From an uncultured Chloroflexia bacterium (GTDB lineage Bacteria > Chloroflexota > Limnocylindria > QHBO01): 64,000 nt of DNA. The position numbers and the translations under genes are program-made. Positions 26,581-35,793 of this stretch are shown here, piece by piece. Location: positions 96,001 through 160,000 of the forward strand of contig CAWFCQ010000004.1 of NCBI GenBank assembly GCA_963814375.1, in the 5' to 3' direction. The notes below the pieces were generated by a model, which ran no database searches, was not told the origin of the DNA, and saw only the letters and a program-made list of their open reading frames with translations. Each line of letters opens with the position of its first letter. The first letter of the stretch is position 1.

Positions 26581-29500
26581 GTGCGCGCCTGTCCGAGCTG
26601 CGGCGAGTCGAATCCGGATCGGTTCAGTGCCTGTGCCTTCTGCGGCAACGAGCTGGTCGAGCAGGGCCCGCCGAAAGAGGAGCGCAAGGTCCTGACGGTC
26701 CTCTTCTGCGACCTGAAGGACTCGACCGTCCTTGGTGAGCGGCTCGACCCGGAGGCACTCGGCGAGGTCCTCGACCTCTACTTGACCGCCACCACGCGCG
26801 TGATCGAGCGGCACGGCGGCACGATCGAGAAGTTCATCGGCGACGCGGTGGTGGCGGCGTTCGGGATCCCCGTGCTCCACGAGGATGACGCCCTCCGCGC
26901 GGTGCGCGCCGCGGTCGAGATGCAAGCGGCGGTCGGACGCCTCAACACGCAGCTGGCTGCCGGCTACGGCGTGGCCCTCCAGACCCGCATCGGAGTCCAC
27001 ACCGGCGAGGTGGTCGTCAGGACGGCCGTGAACGAGCAGCAGGTCCTGACCGGTGACACGATGAACACGGCGGCCCGCCTCGAGCAGGCCGCGGGCACGG
27101 ACGAGATCTTCATCGGCGAGCCGACCCTGCGCCTGGTGCGCGGTGCGGTCGAGGTGGAGCAGATGCAGGCCCTCGAGCTCAAGGGCAAGGCGGCGCCGGT
27201 GCAGGCGCACCGGCTGATCCGCGTCTTCGGCGATGAGCAGTCGGACCGCCTTCACGACGCCCCGCTGGTCGGGCGCGAGACCGAGCTGCGCTTCCTCGCG
27301 GACCTCCTCGATCGCTCCGTCGACGAGCGGCACTGCGTTCTCGCGACGGTCCTGGGCGATGCTGGCGTCGGGAAGAGCAGGCTCGTCCGCGAGCTGCTCG
27401 TCTCGGCCGCGGATCGCGCGGCGGTGCTGCGCGGCCGATGCCTGCCCTACGGCGAGGCGATCACCTTCTGGCCGCTGCTCGAGATCGTGCGCGACGCCCT
27501 GGGGATCGGCCCGGACGAGCCGGCGGAGACGGCGAGGGGCCGCCTGGAGAAGCTCGCCGCCGATCCGGAGGTGGCGCGCCGGATCTCGTCGATGCTCGGA
27601 TGGAGCGACGAGCAGCTCCCGTTGGCGGAGCTGTTCTGGGGGGTCCGTGAGCTGTTGGAGAGGATCGCCCGCGACCGGCCGCTCATCGTCGTCGTCGACG
27701 ACGTGCACTGGGCCGCGCCGACCCTGCTGGAGCTGATCGATCACATGGTCGAGAGCATCGCCGGCTCCTCGGTGCTCATCGTGTGCACAGCCCGACCGGA
27801 CATGCTCGAGGAGCATCCGCGATGGAGCGAGGGACCCAATGCAGGACGGCTCGTGCTCGAGGGCCTGGGTGCGGAGGCCTGCGCCCTCGTCCTCGGGAAC
27901 ACGCTCGGCGGCGCCGACCTCCCCGACCGCGCGCGAGAGAGGATCCTGCGCGCAGCCGATGGCAATCCGCTCTTCGTCGAGCAGCTGGTATCGATGCTCG
28001 TGGATACCGGCGTCCTGCGCCATGAGGGCGACACGTGGCAGATCACGAAGGCGATCGAGCAGCTGGCCGTTCCACCGAGCATCAAGGCGCTTCTCTCGGC
28101 GCGGCTCGACCTGCTCGAGGCGCCGGAGCGGGCGGTGGTCGATCCGGCATCCGTCATCGGTGAGGCGTTCCCGTCGATTGCGGTTCGCGACCTCGCCGTC
28201 GCCGACGAGCGTGATCGTGTGGAGGAGCGCCTCGCAACGGTGAGTCGGAAGCGCCTCGTGCACGAGGAGATGCACCCGGAGGCGGATGGCTCCGACTACC
28301 GATTCCAGCACGTCCTTATCCGCGATGCCGCGTACCAGGGCGTGCTCAAGCGCGGGCGTGCCGAGCTGCACGAGCGATACGCCGACTGGCTGGAGCGGAT
28401 GACGCATGAGCGGGAGGGGCAGCGCGAGCTCGACGAGATTGCGGGATATCACCTCGAGCAGGCTTACGCCTATCGGAGTCAGCTGGGACCGATCGACGCG
28501 CACATCCGAGCGCTCGGGTCACGGGCAGCCGACAAGCTCACCACGGCCGGTCGGCGCGCCTTTATCCGCGGAGACCTGCCGGCCGCGGCCGACCTCCTGG
28601 CCCGGGCGATGGCGACCCTGGCGGAGGCGGATCCGGCGAGGCTGGCGCTGGCGCCGGAGCTCGGCGAGGTGCTGCTGGAGCGAGGCGACTTCGGTCGGGC
28701 ACTCGAGGTCTTGGCGGAGGCGGAGGCCGCGCGCGACGACCCCGCCTGCGCCGCGACGGTCGCCCGCGCGCGCCTCATCCGCCTGCTGGTGGAGCTGTAT
28801 GCCGGCAGCGAGGAGTCCTGGCTGGAACGGACCGAAGCCGAGGTCGGGCGCGCCATCCCGGTCTTTGAGGCGGCCCGGGACCATGCCGGCCTCGCGACTG
28901 CCTGGCGCGTCCGCTGCAACGCCGACGTCCAGGCCCTTCGCTTCGATGCCGGCTTCGACGCTGCCGAGGAGATGATCCGCCATGCCGAGATGGCCGAGGA
29001 CATCCGCCAGCAACGCCGTGGCGCGGTCGCCTACGCCATCTGCGCCACGCAGGGCCCAACGCCCGTCGATCAGGCGGTCGCACGCTGCGAGGAGCTCATC
29101 GCGGCGGTCGAGGGTGATCGCCGCACCGGCGCCGTCCTCCAGGGTGCCCTCGCCCAGCTGCTGGCGATGCAGGGGTCAGCCGACGGTGCCCGCGCCGCGT
29201 ATGCCACCGCGCAGACGATGCTCGACGAGCTGGGCGAGAGCGTGGTCGCCGCGTCGACCTCGATCGACTCGGGTCCGGTCGAGATGCTGCTCGGCGACCT
29301 CGACGCCGCCGAGGCGCACCTTCGGCGTGACTTCGAGGAGCTCGAGCGGCTTGGTGAGTCGTATCTGCGATCGACCGTCGGGGGCCTCCTGGCCTACGTC
29401 CTCCTCTTGCAGGGACGCCTCGACGAGGCTGAAGCCACCGCCACGGTCGTGCGGGAGATGGCCGGTCCCGACGACTTCGATGCGCAGGTGCTGTGGCGGC

Positions 29501-29778
29501 GCTCCCTCGCTCGCTGTCTGGCCGAGAAGGGAGAGTTCGCGGGGGCGATCGGCCTGGCCACCGAAGCGGTGGCGCTGACAACCGACTCCGCGCCGGTGAT
29601 GCGTGCCTACGCGCTTGCCGATCGCGGCGCCGTGATGGCGGCGGCCGGCCGCACGGACGAGGCTTCCGCCGACCTCTCCACGGCCATCGCCCTTCACGTC
29701 GCGAAGGGAAACCGCGTCGCCGCCGACGCCGTCCGGCGGCTCGCCGCGGAGACTGACGCTCTCAGCCGCGCTGGCTAG
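26581..29778 (+). CDS. Zinc ribbon + class III nucleotidyl cyclase + STAND-type ATPase + TPR-like repeats
   Basis: CPSC..CAFC; VLFCDLKDST, EKFIGDAV, GDTMNTAARLE; Walker A GDAGVGKS, Walker B VVVDDVHW, GNPLFVEQ, YRFQH; helical C-terminus. Confidence 0.9.
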   Translation: MRACPSCGESNPDRFSACAFCGNELVEQGPPKEERKVLTVLFCDLKDSTVLGERLDPEALGEVLDLYLTATTRVIERHGGTIEKFIGDAVVAAFGIPVLHEDDALRAVRAAVEMQAAVGRLNTQLAAGYGVALQTRIGVHTGEVVVRTAVNEQQVLTGDTMNTAARLEQAAGTDEIFIGEPTLRLVRGAVEVEQMQALELKGKAAPVQAHRLIRVFGDEQSDRLHDAPLVGRETELRFLADLLDRSVDERHCVLATVLGDAGVGKSRLVRELLVSAADRAAVLRGRCLPYGEAITFWPLLEIVRDALGIGPDEPAETARGRLEKLAADPEVARRISSMLGWSDEQLPLAELFWGVRELLERIARDRPLIVVVDDVHWAAPTLLELIDHMVESIAGSSVLIVCTARPDMLEEHPRWSEGPNAGRLVLEGLGAEACALVLGNTLGGADLPDRARERILRAADGNPLFVEQLVSMLVDTGVLRHEGDTWQITKAIEQLAVPPSIKALLSARLDLLEAPERAVVDPASVIGEAFPSIAVRDLAVADERDRVEERLATVSRKRLVHEEMHPEADGSDYRFQHVLIRDAAYQGVLKRGRAELHERYADWLERMTHEREGQRELDEIAGYHLEQAYAYRSQLGPIDAHIRALGSRAADKLTTAGRRAFIRGDLPAAADLLARAMATLAEADPARLALAPELGEVLLERGDFGRALEVLAEAEAARDDPACAATVARARLIRLLVELYAGSEESWLERTEAEVGRAIPVFEAARDHAGLATAWRVRCNADVQALRFDAGFDAAEEMIRHAEMAEDIRQQRRGAVAYAICATQGPTPVDQAVARCEELIAAVEGDRRTGAVLQGALAQLLAMQGSADGARAAYATAQTMLDELGESVVAASTSIDSGPVEMLLGDLDAAEAHLRRDFEELERLGESYLRSTVGGLLAYVLLLQGRLDEAEATATVVREMAGPDDFDAQVLWRRSLARCLAEKGEFAGAIGLATEAVALTTDSAPVMRAYALADRGAVMAAAGRTDEASADLSTAIALHVAKGNRVAADAVRRLAAETDALSRAG

Positions 29779-30713
29779 AGCCCCCGGCCGCGGCCGTTGG
29801 TCGGCAGCTCGACTCGGATCACGAGGTTCTTGTGCCAGCCGGAACCTGACCAGAAGGCGTCGAAGCAGAACCCGTCGTTATGGGCATTGCACCCGCGCGG
29901 CGGGAAGTGGCACACGCCGTCATCGGTCTGGTGGACGAACTTGACGAGCCACGGGACCTTCCACCACGAGACTGACTTGCCGTAGGTCAGCGTCACGGTC
30001 AGGTGGGGATCAAGCTCCGCGCCGTTGGCGACCGACATCTCGATCGCTTCGCCGAATCCCTTGTAGACCTTCGTCCCGCACACGATGCTGTCGTCAATCT
30101 CGGCCAGCCGGACCTGATACCCGAAGTCGACCGGTGGGACGTTCAGCATCGTGGTCTGGGCGTTGTTCCCCACGCCGGTCGAGAAGGCCACGGGCTCATC
30201 GTGAGCCGGCTGCCATGTGGTGAACACGTCGGGATCGTTGATGACCGACACGACCGCGCTGTCGACGAACGCGTCCCTGTACTTCTTGACGCCGTAGTGC
30301 CAGTAGGCGACCTTCAGGCGTGCGGTGAACTCGATCGAGCCGGCAGTCGCAGGAGCGTCGAAGACGAAGAGGAGCGTCCGCGTGCTGCCGGATGCGAGAC
30401 TCCCGAGCTTGCAGGTGACCGATGCGCCGCTCCCCGTGCAGCCCGCAGGCGCCGAGGTGAGCGTGGCACCTGGGGCGCTGCCCTCGAGACGAATGTAGTC
30501 GAAGGCATCCGAGCCGTCGCTGCGGAGGAAGACTTCGAAGGCCGCCGATTGGCCGACCGAGACCGTCTCGGTGAGCGCTGTGACAGTGAAGGCCGGAGCA
30601 GGACCGCCGCCTCCGCCACCATGGCCGGCGACCTGGAGCGGCAGGCCGAGAATCGCAGCGGCCGTCATCACGCTGACGAGCACGCGAATGAATCGTGGAG
30701 AGCGCGAAGCCAT
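29775..30713 (-). CDS. Secreted hypothetical protein with an Ig-like (DUF11-like) domain and Cys-containing C-terminal domain
   Basis: Signal-peptide-like N-terminus, Gly6 linker, C.....VTCKLGSL pattern, CHFPPRGC...FCFD. Confidence 0.65.
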   Translation of the reverse strand: MASRSPRFIRVLVSVMTAAAILGLPLQVAGHGGGGGGPAPAFTVTALTETVSVGQSAAFEVFLRSDGSDAFDYIRLEGSAPGATLTSAPAGCTGSGASVTCKLGSLASGSTRTLLFVFDAPATAGSIEFTARLKVAYWHYGVKKYRDAFVDSAVVSVINDPDVFTTWQPAHDEPVAFSTGVGNNAQTTMLNVPPVDFGYQVRLAEIDDSIVCGTKVYKGFGEAIEMSVANGAELDPHLTVTLTYGKSVSWWKVPWLVKFVHQTDDGVCHFPPRGCNAHNDGFCFDAFWSGSGWHKNLVIRVELPTNGRGRGL

Positions 30714-30762
30714 GGTGTGAAGTTCCCTCATGCTGCGATCCAAGCCGGGATCGGGCGCCTAG

Positions 30763-30779
30763 GGTACTACCCCAGTACC
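30763..30779. promoter_or_regulatory. Inverted repeat between the divergent secreted-protein and rel genes
   Basis: GGTACT-N5-AGTACC. Confidence 0.4.
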
Positions 30780-30832
30780 AGTCACTCCGAGCACGGGGAG
30801 CCGAACGTGGTGCGTGCTAGCATCACGCTCCC

Positions 30833-33046
30833 ATGGCGCAGCTGGCTCGATTCTCCCCTGCGGCCGTCGTCCAGCGCATCACGCGCGGCGGCGAGACCCG
30901 GGCCGAGCCTGCCCACACGATCGACCAGATCATTGCGGAGGCCGCGAGGCATCGGCCGGGGCTCAACGAGGCTCTTCTGCGGCGCGCGTATGACACTGCC
31001 GTCGCCGCCCACGAGGGACAGCTGCGCAGCTCGGGCGAGGACTACGTCACTCATCCGGTGGCCGTCACCTACTACCTGGCCACGCTCCAGATGGATGCGG
31101 AGACGCTGGCGGCCGCGCTGCTGCACGACGTCCCCGAGGACACCGACTTCACGATCGCCGAGATCGAGAAGCGATTCGGCCGTGATGTCGCGCGGCTCGT
31201 CGACGGGGTCACGAAGCTGAGCAAGTTCGGAAGCGCCCGGACGATGGAGGAGCAGCAGGCCGAGAACATCCGAAAGATGTTCATGGCGATGGCCGAGGAC
31301 GTGCGCGTCGTCATCATCAAGCTCGCCGACCGGCTCCACAACATGCAGACGCTCGGCTTCCTGCCGCCCGAGAAGCAGCAGCGCATCGCGCGCCAGACGA
31401 TGGAGATCTACGCGCCGCTGGCGCATCGGCTGGGCATGTGGCAGATCAAGTGGGAGCTCGAGGACCTGAGCTTCAAGTACCTCGAGCCCGAGAAGTACCG
31501 TCAGCTCGTCAGCATGCTGACCGATCGGCGACGGGCGCGCGAGGGGTTCGTCAACAAGAGCATCGGCATCCTGGGCAAGGAGCTCGACAAGGTCGCGATC
31601 AGCGCCGAGATCAGCGGACGCCCGAAGCACCTCTACTCGATCGCCAAGAAGATGGAGCGCAAGGGGGCCGAGTTCACCGAGATTTACGACATCAACGCCA
31701 TCCGCGTGCTCGTGGACGACGTCAAGGACTGCTACGCGGCCCTCGGCGTCGTTCATTCGCTGTGGCGCCCCGTTCCGGGCCAGTTCGACGACTACATCGC
31801 CATGCCGAAGGCGAACATGTACCAGTCGCTGCACACCGCGGTCATCGGGCCTGAGGCGAAGCCGCTGGAGGTCCAGATCCGCACCTACCAGATGCACGAC
31901 GTGGCCGAGGCGGGCATCGCGGCGCACTGGCGCTACAAGGAGGGCTCGCGCGGCGACCGCCGCTACGACGAGAAGCTGGCCTGGGTCCGCCAGCTCATGG
32001 ACTGGCAGCGCGAGGTCAGCGATCCGACCGAGTTCGTCGAGGGCCTCAAGCTCGACCTCTTCCAGGACCAGGTTTTCGTCTTCACGCCCAAGGGCGACGT
32101 CAAGGACCTGCCGCGCGACGCGACCCCGCTCGACTTCGCGTATCGGATCCACACCGATGTCGGTCATCGGACGATCGGCGCCAAGGTCAACAACCGGCTC
32201 GTGCCGCTCGATTACCGGCTGCGCAACGGCGACATCGTCGAGATCGTGACGACCAAGGCCGCTCACGGGCCGTCGCGTGACTGGTTGAACATCGTTCGCA
32301 CCAGCCATGCCCGGGAGAAGATCCGCGCCTGGTTCAAGCGACAGCAGCGCGACGAGAACATCGCCCAGGGCAAGGAGCTCCTCGATCGCGAGCTCCGACG
32401 CCTGGCCCACGAGACGCTCGCGTCGTTCGACGCGGCCAAGCTGACCGAGATCGCCTCGCAGTACCGGCTTCGCGAGCTCGACGACTTCTACGCCGCCATC
32501 GGCTATGGGGCGATCAGCTCCGCCTCGGTGGTGAGCAAGCTCGAGATCCACGACGACGCCGCCATCACCCTGCCCGAGGAGGCGCCGCCCGCCGCGCCGA
32601 CGACGACCGGGATCAAGGTGAAGGGTGTGGGCGACCTGCTCGTGCGCTTCGCCAACTGCTGCTCGCCGATCCCCGGCGACGACATCACCGGGTACGTGAC
32701 CCGCGGCAAGGGCGTGACCGTGCACCGCGCCTCGTGCCCGTCCGTCCTCAGCGAGCGAGACATCGAGCGGCTCATCGACGTCGATTGGGAGCTCGCCGGC
32801 CAGCAGACGTACCCGATCAGCGTGCGGATCACGGCGCTCGACCGGCCGGGCCTGCTCAACGAGGTCACCAACGTGGTGGCCGAGTACAAGGTCAACATCG
32901 TCGCCGCCTCGGTCGCGACCCATCCCGATGGGACCGCAATGATCACGGCGACGTTCAAGGTGACCTCGCTCCAGCAGCTGGCCAAGGTGCTGACGAAGAT
33001 CGAGCGGCTGCGGGACGTCACGTCGGTCACGCGCGAGGCGCGCTGA
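30833..33046 (+). CDS. rel: Long RSH (p)ppGpp synthetase/hydrolase Rel
   Basis: LLHDVPED hydrolase, KLADRLHNM, RPKHLYSI, YQSLHT, EVQIRT, TGS (DFAYRIHT), ZFD (CCSP) and ACT domains. Confidence 0.96.
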   Translation: MAQLARFSPAAVVQRITRGGETRAEPAHTIDQIIAEAARHRPGLNEALLRRAYDTAVAAHEGQLRSSGEDYVTHPVAVTYYLATLQMDAETLAAALLHDVPEDTDFTIAEIEKRFGRDVARLVDGVTKLSKFGSARTMEEQQAENIRKMFMAMAEDVRVVIIKLADRLHNMQTLGFLPPEKQQRIARQTMEIYAPLAHRLGMWQIKWELEDLSFKYLEPEKYRQLVSMLTDRRRAREGFVNKSIGILGKELDKVAISAEISGRPKHLYSIAKKMERKGAEFTEIYDINAIRVLVDDVKDCYAALGVVHSLWRPVPGQFDDYIAMPKANMYQSLHTAVIGPEAKPLEVQIRTYQMHDVAEAGIAAHWRYKEGSRGDRRYDEKLAWVRQLMDWQREVSDPTEFVEGLKLDLFQDQVFVFTPKGDVKDLPRDATPLDFAYRIHTDVGHRTIGAKVNNRLVPLDYRLRNGDIVEIVTTKAAHGPSRDWLNIVRTSHAREKIRAWFKRQQRDENIAQGKELLDRELRRLAHETLASFDAAKLTEIASQYRLRELDDFYAAIGYGAISSASVVSKLEIHDDAAITLPEEAPPAAPTTTGIKVKGVGDLLVRFANCCSPIPGDDITGYVTRGKGVTVHRASCPSVLSERDIERLIDVDWELAGQQTYPISVRITALDRPGLLNEVTNVVAEYKVNIVAASVATHPDGTAMITATFKVTSLQQLAKVLTKIERLRDVTSVTREAR

Positions 33047-33049
33047 CCG

Positions 33050-33331
33050 ATGAAGGGCGATCGGGTCGAGGCGGTGGTGGATACCGGCCAGGGTGGCACC
33101 CAGACCTTCGAGATCGCCGCGACCCGCGCTGGCCGGCGCATCGAGGTGACGACCGCTCGCGGCGTGGTTGAAGTCAGCGAGGTGACCCGGAGCGGCACTC
33201 CGGTGCGCACTGGCCGCTTCATGCAGAGCAGGCTCGTCGCCCTGGTCGAGCATCCGGCCCACGAGGAGTCCAGCGAGCGCCCCGTGGAGGTCTCGACCCG
33301 CCGGCGCATGGGCACCCAATCGAGCGAGTGA
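33050..33331 (+). CDS. Small hypothetical beta-rich protein
   Basis: 93 aa ORF 3 nt after rel, overlapping the next start; codon usage like its neighbours. Confidence 0.7.
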   Translation: MKGDRVEAVVDTGQGGTQTFEIAATRAGRRIEVTTARGVVEVSEVTRSGTPVRTGRFMQSRLVALVEHPAHEESSERPVEVSTRRRMGTQSSE

Positions 33332-33672
33332 GCGAAGGGCCGCCGATCGAGCGGGTGCGCGGCCTGTGCCTGGCATGGCCCGAGGTGACCGAGCGGGTCA
33401 GTCACGGCGAGCCAACGTGGTTCCATCGCGACAAGCGGAGCTTCGCCACCGGCGCGGACCATCATCACGACGACCGCGTGGCCGTCTGGCTGGCAGCCCC
33501 ACCCGGCGCCCGCGACGCCCTGGTGGAGGCCGAGCCCGAGCGCTACTTCGTTCCGCCGTACGTCGGGCACCGCGGCTGGATCGGCGTCTATCTCGACGTC
33601 ACGGTCGACTGGGAGACACTTGAGGAGCTCGTCGGCAGCGCGTACCACACGATCGCATTACCGGGCCGATAG
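33328..33672 (+). CDS. MmcQ/YjbR-family protein
   Basis: SHGEPTW, YFVPPYVGHRGWIGV, DW..L.EL...AY. Confidence 0.85.
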   Translation: MSEGPPIERVRGLCLAWPEVTERVSHGEPTWFHRDKRSFATGADHHHDDRVAVWLAAPPGARDALVEAEPERYFVPPYVGHRGWIGVYLDVTVDWETLEELVGSAYHTIALPGR

Positions 33673-33683
33673 ACTCGCAGCCG

Positions 33684-34946
33684 ATGGCCACGAAGATCGG
33701 CGCCCCCCGGGGCACGCGAGACCTTCTCCCCGAGGAGGCCGCTGCCTGGGATCACATCGAGGCCGTCGCGCGCGACCTGAGCCGGCGATACGCATTCGAG
33801 CGCATCGAGATCCCCATCTTCGAGCGCGTCGAGCTCTTCGCGCGCGGCCTCGGCGAGTCGTCGGATGCCGTCGAGAAGGAGATGTTCGGGGTCTCCGGAC
33901 CGGGCGGCAGCGACGAGGACCAAGCCGAATGGGCGCTGCGTCCGGAGCCGACGGCCGGGATCATGCGCGCCTTCATCGAGCACGGCATGCACGTGCGACC
34001 CGGGCCGTTGCGCCTGGCCATGATCGGGCCGATGTTCCGGTACGACCGGCCCCAGGCCGGGCGATATCGCCAGTTCAGCCAGTGGGACGTCGAGGTCGTC
34101 GGAGATCCCGGCCCGGCGGTCGACGCCGAGCTCGTTGAGCTGGCGCATCGGTTCTACGCTGAGGTCGGGCTGACCGATGTCGTCGCTCACGTGAACTCGA
34201 TCGGCGACGCCACGTGCCGGCCGGCGTACCGCCAGGCGCTGGTCGACTACTTCACCGAGCATCGCGACCGGCTGACGGAGGACTCACGACGCCGCCTCGA
34301 GGTCAACCCGCTGCGCGTGCTCGACGACAAGCAGCTGGTGGCCGACCTGGCCGATGGCGCCCCGAAGAGCACCGATCACCTGTGCGACGAGTGCCGGGCC
34401 CACTTCCATGCGTTCCTCGACCTGCTCGACGCGCTTGGCATCCGCCATGTCGTCGACCACCGCCTGGTACGAGGCCTCGACTACTACACCCGCACCGCGT
34501 TCGAGTTCGTCATCGCCGGGCGCGAGGGGCAGCAGCAGGCGGTCGGCGGCGGCGGTCGCTACGACGGCCTGGTGGAGCTGCTGGGCGGACGCGCCACGCC
34601 GGGCATCGGCTTCGGCATCGGCATCGATCGGACGGCCATCGCGTTGGCGGAGCAGGCGGTGGTTCTTCCGGACCGCGCCGCGCTGCTGGCAATCGTCGGC
34701 ATGGGTGACGACCAGGCCGTCCGACTGCGCGTGGCCTCACGGCTCCGCGACGCGGGGCTGGCCGTCCGTCCGGACGGCAGCGGCCGCAAGCTCGGCAAGC
34801 AGCTCGAGTCGGCCGCGAAGGCCGGCGCCCGCTGGGCGGTGATCATCGGCGAGGACGGCACCGATCAGGTGGAGCTGAAGGACCTCGAGAGCGGCGAGCA
34901 GCGGTCGCTCGGCGTGGACGAGGTGGCGGCGGTCGTCAGCGGATGA
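33684..34946 (+). CDS. hisS: Histidyl-tRNA synthetase
   Basis: RGTRD, LRPEPTA, FRYDRPQAGRYRQF, LVRGLDYY, GGGRYDGL. Confidence 0.97.
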   Translation: MATKIGAPRGTRDLLPEEAAAWDHIEAVARDLSRRYAFERIEIPIFERVELFARGLGESSDAVEKEMFGVSGPGGSDEDQAEWALRPEPTAGIMRAFIEHGMHVRPGPLRLAMIGPMFRYDRPQAGRYRQFSQWDVEVVGDPGPAVDAELVELAHRFYAEVGLTDVVAHVNSIGDATCRPAYRQALVDYFTEHRDRLTEDSRRRLEVNPLRVLDDKQLVADLADGAPKSTDHLCDECRAHFHAFLDLLDALGIRHVVDHRLVRGLDYYTRTAFEFVIAGREGQQQAVGGGGRYDGLVELLGGRATPGIGFGIGIDRTAIALAEQAVVLPDRAALLAIVGMGDDQAVRLRVASRLRDAGLAVRPDGSGRKLGKQLESAAKAGARWAVIIGEDGTDQVELKDLESGEQRSLGVDEVAAVVSG

Positions 34947-35733
34947 TCGCGGCGGTGATCATCACCGCCAGGCTCGCCACGAGGCTGATCACAAGCACGC
35001 CGAGGATGACGCCGGTCCGATAGGAGAAGGCGTAGCGCTGTGGACGGTCGCCAAGCTCCGGCCGCATCGCAGCCAGCGGACCGATCGCATCGCCACCGCC
35101 GACCGCCGCCCGACGCGCCTTGGCAGCCGCGACCATGGCGCGCGCCGCCAGTGAGCGATCGTCGCGGACCTCGGGCTCGGCCGCGGCCATGGCGCCGAGG
35201 TGCTCCGGGCCGTTCGAGACGAACGAGATCCACTCCTCGAGCGCGGCGCGCTCGAATCGCTGCCAGGGTGTGTCGGTGGGAAGCGCCTCGAGCCGCTGCC
35301 ATGCCTCGTCCAGCTCTCCCCGTGCCGCAAGGAGCTCCACCCGCAGAGGACGGAGGCCCATCGTGTCGGGCAACGTGTCGAGCATCTGCGGCGACGAGCG
35401 CGGCAGGGCGGGGAGACGGTTGCCGACCTCGTGCTGCCAGCGCTCGGTCTCCCATCCGTTCAGCCAGGTCATGACCTCGATCGCGTGCCGCACCGCACGC
35501 CGCTGGACGAGCAGCCATACCGGCGCGGCGACCAGGGCGAAGACGAGTGCGTCGATGAACTGCCGCCACGGCGTGTCGACGATGTCGAAGAGGAGCGCGT
35601 CGGCCACGAACGAGGCGAGGAAGCCGCTCCCCAGCCCGGCCACCGCCGGGATCGAGAACGGGCCGATCGACTGCTCGCGACGCAGGGCCTCGCGGAGCGC
35701 CAGGAGCCGCTGCTGCCGGGTCATCATCGTCAT
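34936..35733 (-). CDS. Hypothetical membrane protein (about three TM segments)
   Basis: Fills the hisS-aspS gap; hydrophobic segments at both ends; start chosen at MTMMTRQQ. Confidence 0.65.
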   Translation of the reverse strand: MTMMTRQQRLLALREALRREQSIGPFSIPAVAGLGSGFLASFVADALLFDIVDTPWRQFIDALVFALVAAPVWLLVQRRAVRHAIEVMTWLNGWETERWQHEVGNRLPALPRSSPQMLDTLPDTMGLRPLRVELLAARGELDEAWQRLEALPTDTPWQRFERAALEEWISFVSNGPEHLGAMAAAEPEVRDDRSLAARAMVAAAKARRAAVGGGDAIGPLAAMRPELGDRPQRYAFSYRTGVILGVLVISLVASLAVMITAAIIR

Positions 35734-35793
35734 TCGCCGGACAGCATGGCAGGTCCAGTGGGCATCGGCGCATCGGCTACCATTCACGCTCCC

